Positions 19,104 to 28,136 of a DNA stretch of 64,000 nt are shown one piece after another (the first letter of the stretch is position 1; the number at the start of each line of letters is the position of its first letter). The stretch lies in assembly GCF_041907885.1 (NCBI RefSeq), contig NZ_JAYRGM010000009.1, positions 6,176-70,175 on the forward strand. Reading direction: 5' to 3'. The notes beneath the pieces are model-generated. The model was not told the origin of the DNA and did no database searches. It was given only the letters and a program-made list of their open reading frames with translations. Made by a program: the position numbers and the translations under genes. Source of the DNA: Desulfovibrio sp. Lineage in GTDB: Bacteria; Desulfobacterota; Desulfovibrionia; Desulfovibrionales; Desulfovibrionaceae.

Positions 19104-20312
19104 ATGTCTCATATTCTGATTATTGGCGCGGGCGGCGTAGGCAGCGTTGTTGTTCACAAGTGCGCACAGGTGCTCAAGGAAGGCGGATTTTCAAAGGTAA
19201 CGCTGGCAAGCCGCACCCTTTCGCGCTGCGATGCCATCGCGCAGAGCGTAAAGGCCCGTCTTGGCGTAGAAGTTGCCACCGCACAGGTGGACGCGGACAA
19301 CGTGCCTGAACTGTGTTCCCTTATCCGGCAGATAAAGCCCGATGTGGTGTGCAACGTGGCCCTGCCGTATCAGGATCTGCACATTATGGATGCTTGCCTT
19401 GAATGCGGGGTTCATTATGTGGATACGGCCAACTACGAGCCGCTCGACACCGCCAAATTCGAATACAAGTGGCAGTGGGCCTATCAGGACCGTTTTCGCG
19501 AGGCTGGGCTCACGGCCCTGCTGGGTTCCGGCTTTGACCCCGGCGTCACCAACGTGTACGCGGCCTGGGCGCTCAAGCATCAGCTGGACGAAGTGCATGT
19601 GCTCGACATCATCGACTGCAACGCGGGCGACCACGGTCAGCCCTTTGCCACCAATTTCAATCCCGAAATCAACATTCGCGAAGTCACCGCGCGCGGTCGC
19701 TACTGGGAACGGGGCGAGTGGGTGGAAACCGATCCTCTTTCCTGGTCCATGAATTTTGACTTCCCCGACGGTATCGGCGCCAAGAAGTGCTTCCTCATGT
19801 ATCATGAAGAGCTCGAATCGCTGGTGCAGAACCTCAAGGGCCTGCGCCGCGCACGCTTCTGGATGACTTTTTCGGAAAACTACCTCAACCACCTCAAGGT
19901 GCTCGGCAATGTGGGCATGACCCGCATCGACCCCGTGAACTTTCAGGGGCAGGACATCGTGCCCATCCAGTTTCTCGCCAAGCTGCTGCCCGACCCGGCC
20001 TCGCTTGGCCCCCTGACCAAGGGCAAGACCTGCATCGGCGACCTCATGCGCGGCCTCAAGGACGGCAAGGAAAAGACGGTCTACGTGTACAATATCTGCG
20101 ATCACGAAGAATGCTACGCAGAGGTGGGTTCGCAGGCCATTTCGTACACCACGGGCGTGCCCGCCATGATCGGCACCAAGATGGTGGCCCAGGGCGTGTG
20201 GCGCAAGCCCGGCGTGTGGAACATGGAACAGTTTGACCCCGATCCCTTCATGAAGGATCTGAATGTCTATGGCCTGCCCTGGCAGTGCCTGGACGTGACC
20301 GGCAAAATTTAG
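19104..20312 (+). CDS. saccharopine dehydrogenase family, carboxynorspermidine dehydrogenase-like
   Basis: MSHILIIGAGGVGSVVVHKCAQ Rossmann N-terminus, about 400 aa, overall layout typical of carboxynorspermidine synthase/dehydrogenase. Confidence 0.75.
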   Translation: MSHILIIGAGGVGSVVVHKCAQVLKEGGFSKVTLASRTLSRCDAIAQSVKARLGVEVATAQVDADNVPELCSLIRQIKPDVVCNVALPYQDLHIMDACLECGVHYVDTANYEPLDTAKFEYKWQWAYQDRFREAGLTALLGSGFDPGVTNVYAAWALKHQLDEVHVLDIIDCNAGDHGQPFATNFNPEINIREVTARGRYWERGEWVETDPLSWSMNFDFPDGIGAKKCFLMYHEELESLVQNLKGLRRARFWMTFSENYLNHLKVLGNVGMTRIDPVNFQGQDIVPIQFLAKLLPDPASLGPLTKGKTCIGDLMRGLKDGKEKTVYVYNICDHEECYAEVGSQAISYTTGVPAMIGTKMVAQGVWRKPGVWNMEQFDPDPFMKDLNVYGLPWQCLDVTGKI

Positions 20313-20340
20313 CCAGTACGCTGGTTTGATTGTTGCAACA

Positions 20341-20377
20341 ACTCCGGTGTCTGCCTGGGCAGGCCCGGAGTTTTTTT
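20341..20377 (+). terminator. intrinsic terminator after the dehydrogenase gene
   Basis: ACTCCGG...CCGGAGT stem followed by TTTTTTT. Confidence 0.75.
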
Positions 20378-20558
20378 ATGGTCAGTCGGGCGGCTTGTCA
20401 GGCAATGGGCTTGTGGGTAACAATAATTGCAGGGTTAATATGGGCAGGAGTAACAGTCTTTTCTGCGTTTGGCAGAGCGTTTTTGAGCGCGCAGGCATGT
20501 CGGGCAGCGGCTTTTGCAGCGGGCGTACCTGTAATGTGCGTATGGCAAGGTAACTTCA

Positions 20559-22133
20559 GTGGTTATAAGAACTCTCTGCATCCTTTTTTTAAGCATATCG
20601 TGCGCAGGCATGCTCTATGCCGTTTGCTATTCGCCCAGAATAGCGCGGTCAAAAGGCTATGCGGCCTTTCTGTTTTTGTTCATGTCCATATTCATGTACA
20701 CCATCGGGTACATCTTTGAACTTTCTTCAAATACCGCTGAAACGATTTTTCTTTCCTTGAAAATCGAGTATCTCGGAGCACCGCTGGTGGCGGTGTTCTG
20801 GTTTATATTTGCCCTGCACTACAATAATTATTCCATAAAAAGCAAGACAGTGCTGGCGCTGTTATTTGTTGTTCCGGTCATTACTGCGGTGATGCTTTAT
20901 ACCAACGAATACCACCACTTTCATTACAAGACATTTATTGTGGATACCAACGGTCCATTCCCTGTGGCTGTAACGCAGAAGGGTTGGTGGTATTATGTCG
21001 ATTTTGTTTACAAGATGTTTGTTGCCTTTGCAGGATTGGCGCTGTTTGCCGTTTCTTACGGCAAGGCCACTGGCTACCGCAAACGGCAGGCAAAAACCAT
21101 CTTTATTGGTGCGCTGAGTCTCTGGGTTGGCAATTTGTTGCAGACTTTGGGCCTTGCCCCCTACGGAATAGACATTGAGCCCTTTATTCTCTCGGCAGCA
21201 TTGCCCATGTGCAGTTTTGCCATGGCCCGGCTGCGCATGTTCGATCTTGTGCCCATAGCGCGCGACAAGGTTTTTAAAACCATGGGCGCCAGTGTTATTG
21301 TACTGGATGAGCGGCAAAGGGTAGTGGATTTCAACGACAGTGCTGTTTCCATTCTGCCTGCATTGTCGGATGATGCCGTGGGCAAGGATGTTGGTTTGCT
21401 GTTTCCAGAGCAAAGCTCGCTTGATATGGCAGCCCTGATGCAGAACGAAGAGGCCGAGATAAGCCTGCCTGTGGCGGGCGGCATGCGTTTTTACAGTGTT
21501 TCGTGCGCCAGGGTTGGTGATTCCGGCCTTGATTCTGGCCTGATTATTTCTCTCCATGACATTACCGAGAGCAAGGAGATGCTTGAAAAAATGCACCGCC
21601 TTGCCTCGCTGGATGCCTTGACCCAAGTGTACAGCCGCTGGTTTTTCATGGAGGCCTTTCAACGCGAGATTGAGCGCTGCAAGGTGGCTGGCGGTAGCCT
21701 GAGCCTGATACTGCTTGATATCGACCATTTCAAGCAGGTTAACGACAGGTACGGCCACCTCACCGGCGACAGTGTGTTGCGCACGGTGACGCGTATTTTG
21801 CGGCAAACGCTGGGTACGGAGGCCATGCTGGGGCGCTACGGCGGCGAGGAGTTTTCCATTTTGCTGTCAGGCGTGCAGCAGGGCGAGGCCGTTGCCATTG
21901 CCGAGAGCCTGCGCAGGGCGGCAGCCGGGGCACAAACTGCCTATGGTGAGATATCGGTGCGGGTGACTATCAGCCTGGGGGTGGCAGCGGCGGTTTTTTC
22001 GCCAGGTGCTGCCGGAGAACAGGAAAATGCCAAGATTTGCGATGCCCTCATTCTGGCGGCAGATACCGCCTTGTACAGCGCCAAGCAGGGCGGCCGAAAC
22101 CGTGTGTGCTCTGCGGAACTGAGGTATGAATAA
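20559..22133 (+). CDS. 7TM sensor / PAS / GGDEF diguanylate cyclase
   Basis: Multiple N-terminal TM helices, PAS-like middle, RYGGEEFS active site. The start is uncertain (GTG 20559 or ATG 20610). Confidence 0.85.
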   Translation: MVIRTLCILFLSISCAGMLYAVCYSPRIARSKGYAAFLFLFMSIFMYTIGYIFELSSNTAETIFLSLKIEYLGAPLVAVFWFIFALHYNNYSIKSKTVLALLFVVPVITAVMLYTNEYHHFHYKTFIVDTNGPFPVAVTQKGWWYYVDFVYKMFVAFAGLALFAVSYGKATGYRKRQAKTIFIGALSLWVGNLLQTLGLAPYGIDIEPFILSAALPMCSFAMARLRMFDLVPIARDKVFKTMGASVIVLDERQRVVDFNDSAVSILPALSDDAVGKDVGLLFPEQSSLDMAALMQNEEAEISLPVAGGMRFYSVSCARVGDSGLDSGLIISLHDITESKEMLEKMHRLASLDALTQVYSRWFFMEAFQREIERCKVAGGSLSLILLDIDHFKQVNDRYGHLTGDSVLRTVTRILRQTLGTEAMLGRYGGEEFSILLSGVQQGEAVAIAESLRRAAAGAQTAYGEISVRVTISLGVAAAVFSPGAAGEQENAKICDALILAADTALYSAKQGGRNRVCSAELRYE

Positions 22134-22152
22134 GAGAGTCGCTCCCTGCAAT

Positions 22153-22180
22153 AAAATGCCCCGCTTGTACGGGGCATTTT
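22153..22180. terminator. bidirectional terminator (DGC / dcu)
   Basis: AAAATGCCCCG-cttgta-CGGGGCATTTT. Confidence 0.8.
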
Positions 22181-22223
22181 AAATGGCGCTGTTTGCACCC
22201 GGCACTGCCGGGATTTTTTTGGT

Positions 22224-23567
22224 TTACAAAAAGATGGTCACAAGCATGTAGCTCATGAGCGTGCCACAGGTAATGCCGATGGCCCCAGGAATGATAAAGC
22301 TGTGGTTGATGATGAACCTGCCGATGCGCGTTGTGCCCGAACGGTCAAAGTTGATGCAGGCCAGATCGCTGGGGTAGGTGGGCAGAATAAAGTAGCCATA
22401 GCACATGGGCATAAAGGCCAGCAGCACCTTGGGCGGCAGGCCAAGGCTGAGCCCCAGCGGAACAACGGCGGCAAGTGCCGCAGCCTGGCTGTTTACCAGC
22501 TTGGACACGATGACCAGCACGATGGCGTATGTCCAGGGGTAGTCGGTCACCACCGCCGCAAGGTCGGTCTTGATGAGCTGAAGGTGGGCGTGAAAGAAGC
22601 TGTCTGTCATCCAGGCAACGCCAAAGACAGAGAATATGGCCACCATGCCAGCCTTGAACACGGCGCTGTTGGGAATGGCCTGCTGCTTGACCTTGCAGAA
22701 CATGAGTATCATCGCGCCAGCAATAAGCATGACCATCTGGATGACAATGTTCATGGAGAGCGGCTGTGCCTTGCCCGCTGCACCAAAACTGGGCCGCAGC
22801 TCGGAGAACGCGCCGAGTATGACCACTGCGGCAATGGCGATAAAGAAGAAGATCACAGCCCGGTACGACTCCGGCGGAAACACCTTGTCCATCAGGGTGC
22901 TGCTGCCGCCGTATATGTAGGCTTTTGTTTCGGGATCTGCCAGTTTGGCCTGAAATTCCTCGTCTTTGTCCAGGTCTTTGCCACGGTGCATGGACCACAG
23001 ACCCGCGCACAGCACGCCCACAAAGGTTGCCGGAATGGAAATAGCCAGCAGGGTGATGATGCTGATGGCCGGGCCAGCCCCCTGGCCCTGTGCCAGCATG
23101 GAAACCATGGAAACCACAGCCACCGAAACTGGCGAGGCGCAGATGCCGATCTGGGCAGAAACAGAGGCCACAGCCATGGGGCGTTCGGGGCGGATGCCCT
23201 TGTTGATGGCTATGTCGTAGATGATGGGAAACATGGTGTAGGCCACATGCCCCGTGCCGCACATAACTGTGAGGCCCCAGGTTGTGATGGGGGCCAGCAG
23301 GGTAATGTGCTCTGGGTGTTTGCGCAGCAGGCGTTCGGCGGCGCGCATGAGCACGTCAAGCCCGCCTGCTGTTTGCAGCGTAGAGGCGCAGCCAATAACC
23401 GCCAGAATGGTCAGCATGACATCGATGGGCGGTTTGCCCGGTTGCACATGAAAGACAAAGCACAGGATAAACAGGCCTATGCCGCTGATAAGGCCAAGCC
23501 CCATGCCGCCAAATCGCGTGCCGAGCAGAAGGCATCCCAGGATAACGCACAATTGCAGGGTCAGCAT
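22224..23567 (-). CDS. anaerobic C4-dicarboxylate transporter (DcuA/DcuB family)
   Basis: 447-aa polytopic protein. N-terminus MLTLQLCVILGCLLLGTRFGGMGLGLISGIGL is typical of the Dcu family. Confidence 0.85.
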   Translation of the reverse strand: MLTLQLCVILGCLLLGTRFGGMGLGLISGIGLFILCFVFHVQPGKPPIDVMLTILAVIGCASTLQTAGGLDVLMRAAERLLRKHPEHITLLAPITTWGLTVMCGTGHVAYTMFPIIYDIAINKGIRPERPMAVASVSAQIGICASPVSVAVVSMVSMLAQGQGAGPAISIITLLAISIPATFVGVLCAGLWSMHRGKDLDKDEEFQAKLADPETKAYIYGGSSTLMDKVFPPESYRAVIFFFIAIAAVVILGAFSELRPSFGAAGKAQPLSMNIVIQMVMLIAGAMILMFCKVKQQAIPNSAVFKAGMVAIFSVFGVAWMTDSFFHAHLQLIKTDLAAVVTDYPWTYAIVLVIVSKLVNSQAAALAAVVPLGLSLGLPPKVLLAFMPMCYGYFILPTYPSDLACINFDRSGTTRIGRFIINHSFIIPGAIGITCGTLMSYMLVTIFL

Positions 23568-23742
23568 ATGTTTTCCTTGCTGTTTGGGTTGCTGAGGCTA
23601 CCGGTCGCAATCCTGCTGGAGGGCGCTACGCAAGGGGCCAGTTGCCTCTGATGCATTCTTTTGCGTAATGAAAACAGATTTTTCCGTCAGTTCCAATAGT
23701 AATTTTATGAAAAAGCGCAATTTTTGCTGCAAAAAAGTAAAT

Positions 23743-23775
23743 AAAAAGGCGACCGCAAGAATATTTGCGGTCGCC
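23743..23775 (-). terminator. intrinsic terminator downstream of purE
   Basis: GGCGACCGCAA-loop-TTGCGGTCGCC followed on the minus strand by TTTTT. Confidence 0.75.
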
Positions 23776-23884
23776 TTTCGCGTTTAATAGTCGTTTGGTG
23801 TGTAAAAGATCAGTTACTCATTGTGCATTCAAACCGTAATTGCATGCGCATCAAATTGGGTTCTTTGCATGTCAGCGCGCAAAG

Positions 23885-24382
23885 CTATGCGTATTTGCTG
23901 CTGATTTCGTCCCCGGCCTTTTCCACTTCATCACGCATTTTGGCGCGTGCCTGCACGATGCGCTCGTTGAGCGCGGGGTCGGACACGGCCAGTATCTGGG
24001 CGGCCAACCATGCAGCGTTGCGGGCTCCTGCCTTGTCGGTGGCAACGGTGGCAACAGGGAAGCCGGGAGGCATCTGCACCGTTGCAAAAAGCGCGTCCAT
24101 GCCGCACAGGGCAGCGCTGGAAACGGGAATGCCAATGACCGGGCGCGTAGTGCGGGCGGCAACCGCGCCAGCCAGGTGGGCAGCCATGCCCGCAGCGCAG
24201 ATAAATACGCTCGTGCCTTCGGCCTCGTAGCGGCGCACCAGTTCTTCGGTGCGTTCGGGGGTGCGGTGCGCAGAGCTTACGGTAATAAAACAGCTCACGC
24301 CCAGGCTTTTAAGAACCTCAACGCAGGGGCTGACCTTTTCCTCATCAGATTTGGAACCCATCAAAATGACCACTTGCGGCAT
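23885..24382 (-). CDS. purE: N5-carboxyaminoimidazole ribonucleotide mutase
   Basis: [13 protein letters not shown]..., [22 protein letters not shown]. Confidence 0.92.
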   Translation of the reverse strand: MPQVVILMGSKSDEEKVSPCVEVLKSLGVSCFITVSSAHRTPERTEELVRRYEAEGTSVFICAAGMAAHLAGAVAARTTRPVIGIPVSSAALCGMDALFATVQMPPGFPVATVATDKAGARNAAWLAAQILAVSDPALNERIVQARAKMRDEVEKAGDEISSKYA

Positions 24383-24439
24383 GGTGTCACCTTCCTGTCG
24401 TGTGGCGCAATGCGCCAGATATGCTTGCAATATGAGGGG

Positions 24440-25726
24440 TTACTTTCCGGCCAGGCGGCGGATGCCCTTTTCGCCAATGTCAGTACGGTGAAAGCCGCCC
24501 TGCATGCGAACCTTGGCAACTCCGGCGTAGGCAGCCTTTTGCGCTGCGGCCAGGCTGTCACCCAGTGCTGTCACACACAGAACGCGACCGCCGTTGGAAA
24601 CCAGCGCTCCGTCCTTGAGGGCCGTGCCGCTGTGAAAAACCTTAACGCCGGGCAGGCTGTCAGCATCTTCAATGCCCTCAATGGGCAGGCCCTTGGCATA
24701 CGAGCCAGGGTAGCCACTGGCCGTGATAACCACACCCAGAGCGGTCTGGCTGGTCTGTCCAAGGCTTGCGGGGTCAAGCTTGCCGCGTACGGCGTCCATC
24801 ATGATGGCGGGCAGATCGCCGTCAAGCCGCATGAGCAGGGGCTGGCATTCTGGATCGCCAAAGCGCACGTTGTATTCAAGCACCTTGGGGCCGTCGGCGG
24901 TCATCATCAGGCCCGCGTACAGCACACCCACAAAGGGGTGGCCGTCCTTGGCCAGCTCTCGCAGGATGGGACGCACCGTAAGATCAGCCATTTCTTCCAG
25001 CATGTTGTCGGGCAATACCGGGGCGGGGCTGTATGCGCCCATGCCGCCGGTGTTGGGGCCCTCATCGTTGTCAAAAACCCGCTTGTGGTCCTGGGCCGAG
25101 GGCAGGGGCACGGCGCGCGTGCCGTCGCACACGCACAGGAAGGAGGCTTCTTCGCCAACCAGGCATTCTTCGACCACAACCAGATTGCCAGCATCGCCAA
25201 AGGCGCGCTCGGTCATGATTTCGTCGATGGCATCAAGCGCTTCCTGCACGGTCTGGGCGATGATGACGCCCTTGCCAGCCGCAAGGCCATCGGCCTTGAT
25301 AACCAGGGGCGCGCCCACTTTGTTGATGTGGTCGCGGGCGGCCTGGGCCTCGCTGAAAACGGCGCAGTGGGCAGTGGGCACGTTGGCGCGGTTCATTATT
25401 TCCTTGGCAAAGGCCTTGCTGCCTTCAAGCCGGGCACCGTAGCCATCCGGGCCAAAGCTGGGAATACCGGCCTCGCGCATGCGGTCAACCACGCCCAGAG
25501 TCAGGGGCAGCTCCGGCCCGGGAATCACCAGATCAATGTGTTCCTTGCGGGCAAAAGCCAGCAGGCCATCCAGATCGTCCACAGCGATGGGTACGTTTAC
25601 GGCCCCTTCGCTGCTTGTGCCGCCGTTGCCGGGCGCTACAAAAACAGCGCTGACTTCGGGGCTTTGCAGAATCTTCCAGACCAGGGCGTGTTCGCGGCCG
25701 CCAGAGCCGATCACAAGGATACGCAT
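24440..25726 (-). CDS. purD: phosphoribosylamine--glycine ligase
   Basis: MRILVIGSGGREHALVWK..., ATP-grasp core, 428 aa. Confidence 0.95.
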   Translation of the reverse strand: MRILVIGSGGREHALVWKILQSPEVSAVFVAPGNGGTSSEGAVNVPIAVDDLDGLLAFARKEHIDLVIPGPELPLTLGVVDRMREAGIPSFGPDGYGARLEGSKAFAKEIMNRANVPTAHCAVFSEAQAARDHINKVGAPLVIKADGLAAGKGVIIAQTVQEALDAIDEIMTERAFGDAGNLVVVEECLVGEEASFLCVCDGTRAVPLPSAQDHKRVFDNDEGPNTGGMGAYSPAPVLPDNMLEEMADLTVRPILRELAKDGHPFVGVLYAGLMMTADGPKVLEYNVRFGDPECQPLLMRLDGDLPAIMMDAVRGKLDPASLGQTSQTALGVVITASGYPGSYAKGLPIEGIEDADSLPGVKVFHSGTALKDGALVSNGGRVLCVTALGDSLAAAQKAAYAGVAKVRMQGGFHRTDIGEKGIRRLAGK

Positions 25727-25770
25727 GCTTTACTCCAAAAACTTTTCCGTTTCAGTAATCTGGGGTTATA

Positions 25771-26176
25771 AAGCGGCAAAACCCAACGGGTTTTGCCGCT
25801 TGAAAGTGTTGCTACTGTCAACACGCCCGGAAATCAGGAGCAGGCTGCGGCTGTGCCGCGCCGTGGGCGTATGATTTCCGGGCCTTTCCGCCCGTCGGCA
25901 ATGCCGACGCTGGCGGCGCAAACCCCGCGAAGCAGGGTTTGTCATCAGTATGTAAGAGCAAAACCCAAAGGGTTTTGCCGCTTGAGAGTGTTGCTACTGT
26001 CAACACGACCGGAAATCAGGAGCAGGCTGCGGCTGTGCCGCGCCGTGGGCGTATGATTTCCGTGCCTTTCCGCCCGTCGGCAATGCCGACGCTGGCGGCG
26101 CAAACCCCGCGAAGCAGGGTTTGTCATCAGTATGTGAGAGCAAAACCCAAAGGGTTTTGCCGCTTGAGAGTGTTGC
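25771..26176. repeat. tandem direct repeat, 182-bp unit x 2.2, each unit made of five inverted repeats
   Basis: Units at 25776-25957 and 25958-26139 differ by 5 substitutions and no indels. Partial third copy at 26140-26176. Confidence 0.9.
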
Positions 26177-26194
26177 GGCAGCGTGTGCCGCAGA

Positions 26195-26228
26195 TAAAAA
26201 CGGCCCCCCGCACTGGCGAGGGGCCGTT
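26195..26228 (-). terminator. intrinsic terminator after the FG-GAP gene
   Basis: Minus strand: AACGGCCCC-loop-GGGGCCGTT followed by TTTATC. Confidence 0.75.
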
Positions 26229-26234
26229 ATCCCC

Positions 26235-27914
26235 TTAGTTGGGGCTTACTTCAAAGTCGCTCAGGTCAGCGGGTACGTTGGGGTTGGTGGCCGAAACGTC
26301 CAGCGGATAGGCGGTGACCATGCACTGGCGGCTGCCAATGCCAAGGTCGGGCGAGGTGTTGAGGCCCACGACCAGGTCGAGGATGCCGTCGTTGTTCACA
26401 TCGCCAAGGTCAACTTCTGCCACAGAACCGCGAATGCGGCGGGTCTTCCACTTGAGGCCAAGGCCCACGCCGTCCCAGAACAGGGCGTGAACTTCGCCCT
26501 GCGGGAAGAAGCGGTAGCGGTCAAAGAACTGGGCAGCCGTAGAAATGGGCTTGTTGACCAGCAGGGTGTATTCGCCGGTGTTGCCGATGTCGGCGGCGAT
26601 AAGGCGCATGGGGGCGTAGTACTTGCCGGGCAGCTGGTAGTTCTTGTCGATGCCGAGGCCGGGCATGCCCTTGTAGTGGTCCATGCCGGTGGCAGAACCA
26701 GAGTAGCGTTCCATGGTGGTGTGTACCAGCGTGTTGCCATGGCCCTGGAAGAGCTTGATGCGTTCGTCTTCGGTCAGCATGACAAGCTGTTCACCCTTGC
26801 CGTTTCTGCCAGCGGGCAGCCACACGCAGTTGAACACGGTCGCGCCCGTGGGCAGATCAATACGCGTGCCCAGGGTGTACTTGCCATCCTGCTTGTTCAT
26901 GATGCGCACGCCGGGGGCAAAGAGCTTGAGCGAATCCCACGCCTGACCCACAAGGGTGGGGGCATAGGTGGGGGGCACGCGCATGACGCTCAGGAAGTAG
27001 GGCACGCGTTCAGCCACGGTGGTGAGCTTGTTGCCCTTGAAGCTGTAGATAAAGGAATAGGGGCGGTTGCTTGATTCTTCGGTGGTGGCAACCACAATCG
27101 CCATGCAGCGGTCGCGGTTGAGGTCGATGGCGCGCATGGAGAAGTTGTTGTTGGAGCGCGACACCACGGTTTCGGCAAGCAGCTTGAGCTGGCCGTTGGC
27201 GGGCCAGGTGTAGATGCGCAGATCGTGGTCGCTCAAGATGGCGATCTCGTTCTTGCCATCGCCGTTAAAGTCGCCCACGGCCATGTCAACCATGTTGTAC
27301 GGCAGGCGCTGGGTGCGCAGGCGCGAACCGTCTTCGGCACCAGCACCCTGATAGCGGAACTGCGGGTTCAGGTACACCTGCTGCTGACCGGTCTCGTTGG
27401 TGACGATGTCGCCATTGGCGGTGGCACCACGGGGCGCACCGGAAGCAGTGGAGCCGGGGGTGCGCATTGCGCCGGAAATGCCAAAAACTTCCGTGCTCAT
27501 GGCCGAGGTAAGGTTCTGCACGTTGGTGGTCAGTTCGCTTACCGGGCTCTGGGCGGTTTTGCTCCAGGTCTTGCCAGCCTTGTCAACGCTGTTGATGGTC
27601 ACGGTGCAGTCATTGCCCATGACGCTCACAGAGCCCCAGATGGCATTGTCTGCGCCAGAAGAGCGCAGCGCCTGCTGGGCTTCTGCCTGGCTGGAGGCCT
27701 TGCCCTGTCCGGCGCGGGCTTCAAGCATGCCGGGGCGGTCAAGACGGCCCTGAATGGTGGCCGGCACGGCCTTGGAAAGATAGGCATAGCTCTGGGGGGC
27801 ATTGACCGTAAACGGCAATACCACAGCGCTTTTTGCGGCGGCACTGACGGCGCTTGCGGCAACGGCCACGAGCAGCAGGCAGACCGAGAAAGTCAGTCGC
27901 ATGGCGAATTTCAT
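26235..27914 (-). CDS. secreted FG-GAP/VCBS repeat protein
   Basis: Signal peptide MKFAMRLTFSVCLLLVAVAASAVSA. FG-GAP-like VGDFNGDGKNEIAIL and LGDVNNDGILDLVVG. Confidence 0.8.
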   Translation of the reverse strand: MKFAMRLTFSVCLLLVAVAASAVSAAAKSAVVLPFTVNAPQSYAYLSKAVPATIQGRLDRPGMLEARAGQGKASSQAEAQQALRSSGADNAIWGSVSVMGNDCTVTINSVDKAGKTWSKTAQSPVSELTTNVQNLTSAMSTEVFGISGAMRTPGSTASGAPRGATANGDIVTNETGQQQVYLNPQFRYQGAGAEDGSRLRTQRLPYNMVDMAVGDFNGDGKNEIAILSDHDLRIYTWPANGQLKLLAETVVSRSNNNFSMRAIDLNRDRCMAIVVATTEESSNRPYSFIYSFKGNKLTTVAERVPYFLSVMRVPPTYAPTLVGQAWDSLKLFAPGVRIMNKQDGKYTLGTRIDLPTGATVFNCVWLPAGRNGKGEQLVMLTEDERIKLFQGHGNTLVHTTMERYSGSATGMDHYKGMPGLGIDKNYQLPGKYYAPMRLIAADIGNTGEYTLLVNKPISTAAQFFDRYRFFPQGEVHALFWDGVGLGLKWKTRRIRGSVAEVDLGDVNNDGILDLVVGLNTSPDLGIGSRQCMVTAYPLDVSATNPNVPADLSDFEVSPN

Positions 27915-28136
27915 TCCATTCTCCTTGAGTATTCACGCAAATACCCGGTAAAGTACGGCCCTTGGGCCGTTGTGGCGACCAGCCGATACACGCAGACAAA
28001 AACCGTTGTCCGGCACGCCCGCACCCGCGCACTATACGCACACTTGTTGCGCCGCGCAATACACAAGAGCGTTGCCGGGGGCGGCATTGGGCATAAATTC
28101 CTTGCGGGATCGGCGCACTCTCCATATTATGCGCCC

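Noticed and set aside
20330-20719. 129-aa + ORF with one hydrophobic segment between the dehydrogenase terminator and the 7TM-GGDEF gene.
   Set aside because: It starts inside the terminator T-run, has no SD, has weak codon bias, and runs out of frame into the well-supported GGDEF gene.
25825-26065. Compensatory base changes between repeat units A and B in the 12-bp long-range stem.
   Set aside because: The two substitutions fall on opposite arms but at adjacent, non-pairing positions, so they weaken the stem in unit B rather than covary.
25771-26176. CRISPR array interpretation of the tandem repeat.
   Set aside because: The units are 182 bp and directly abutting, with no unique spacers, and there are no cas genes in the window.
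25727-26176. Known purine-pathway riboswitch (purine, ZTP/pfl or PRPP type) upstream of purD.
   Set aside because: I could not find the conserved cores of these aptamers as I remember them in either strand of the repeat unit. Only a covariance-model search can settle it.
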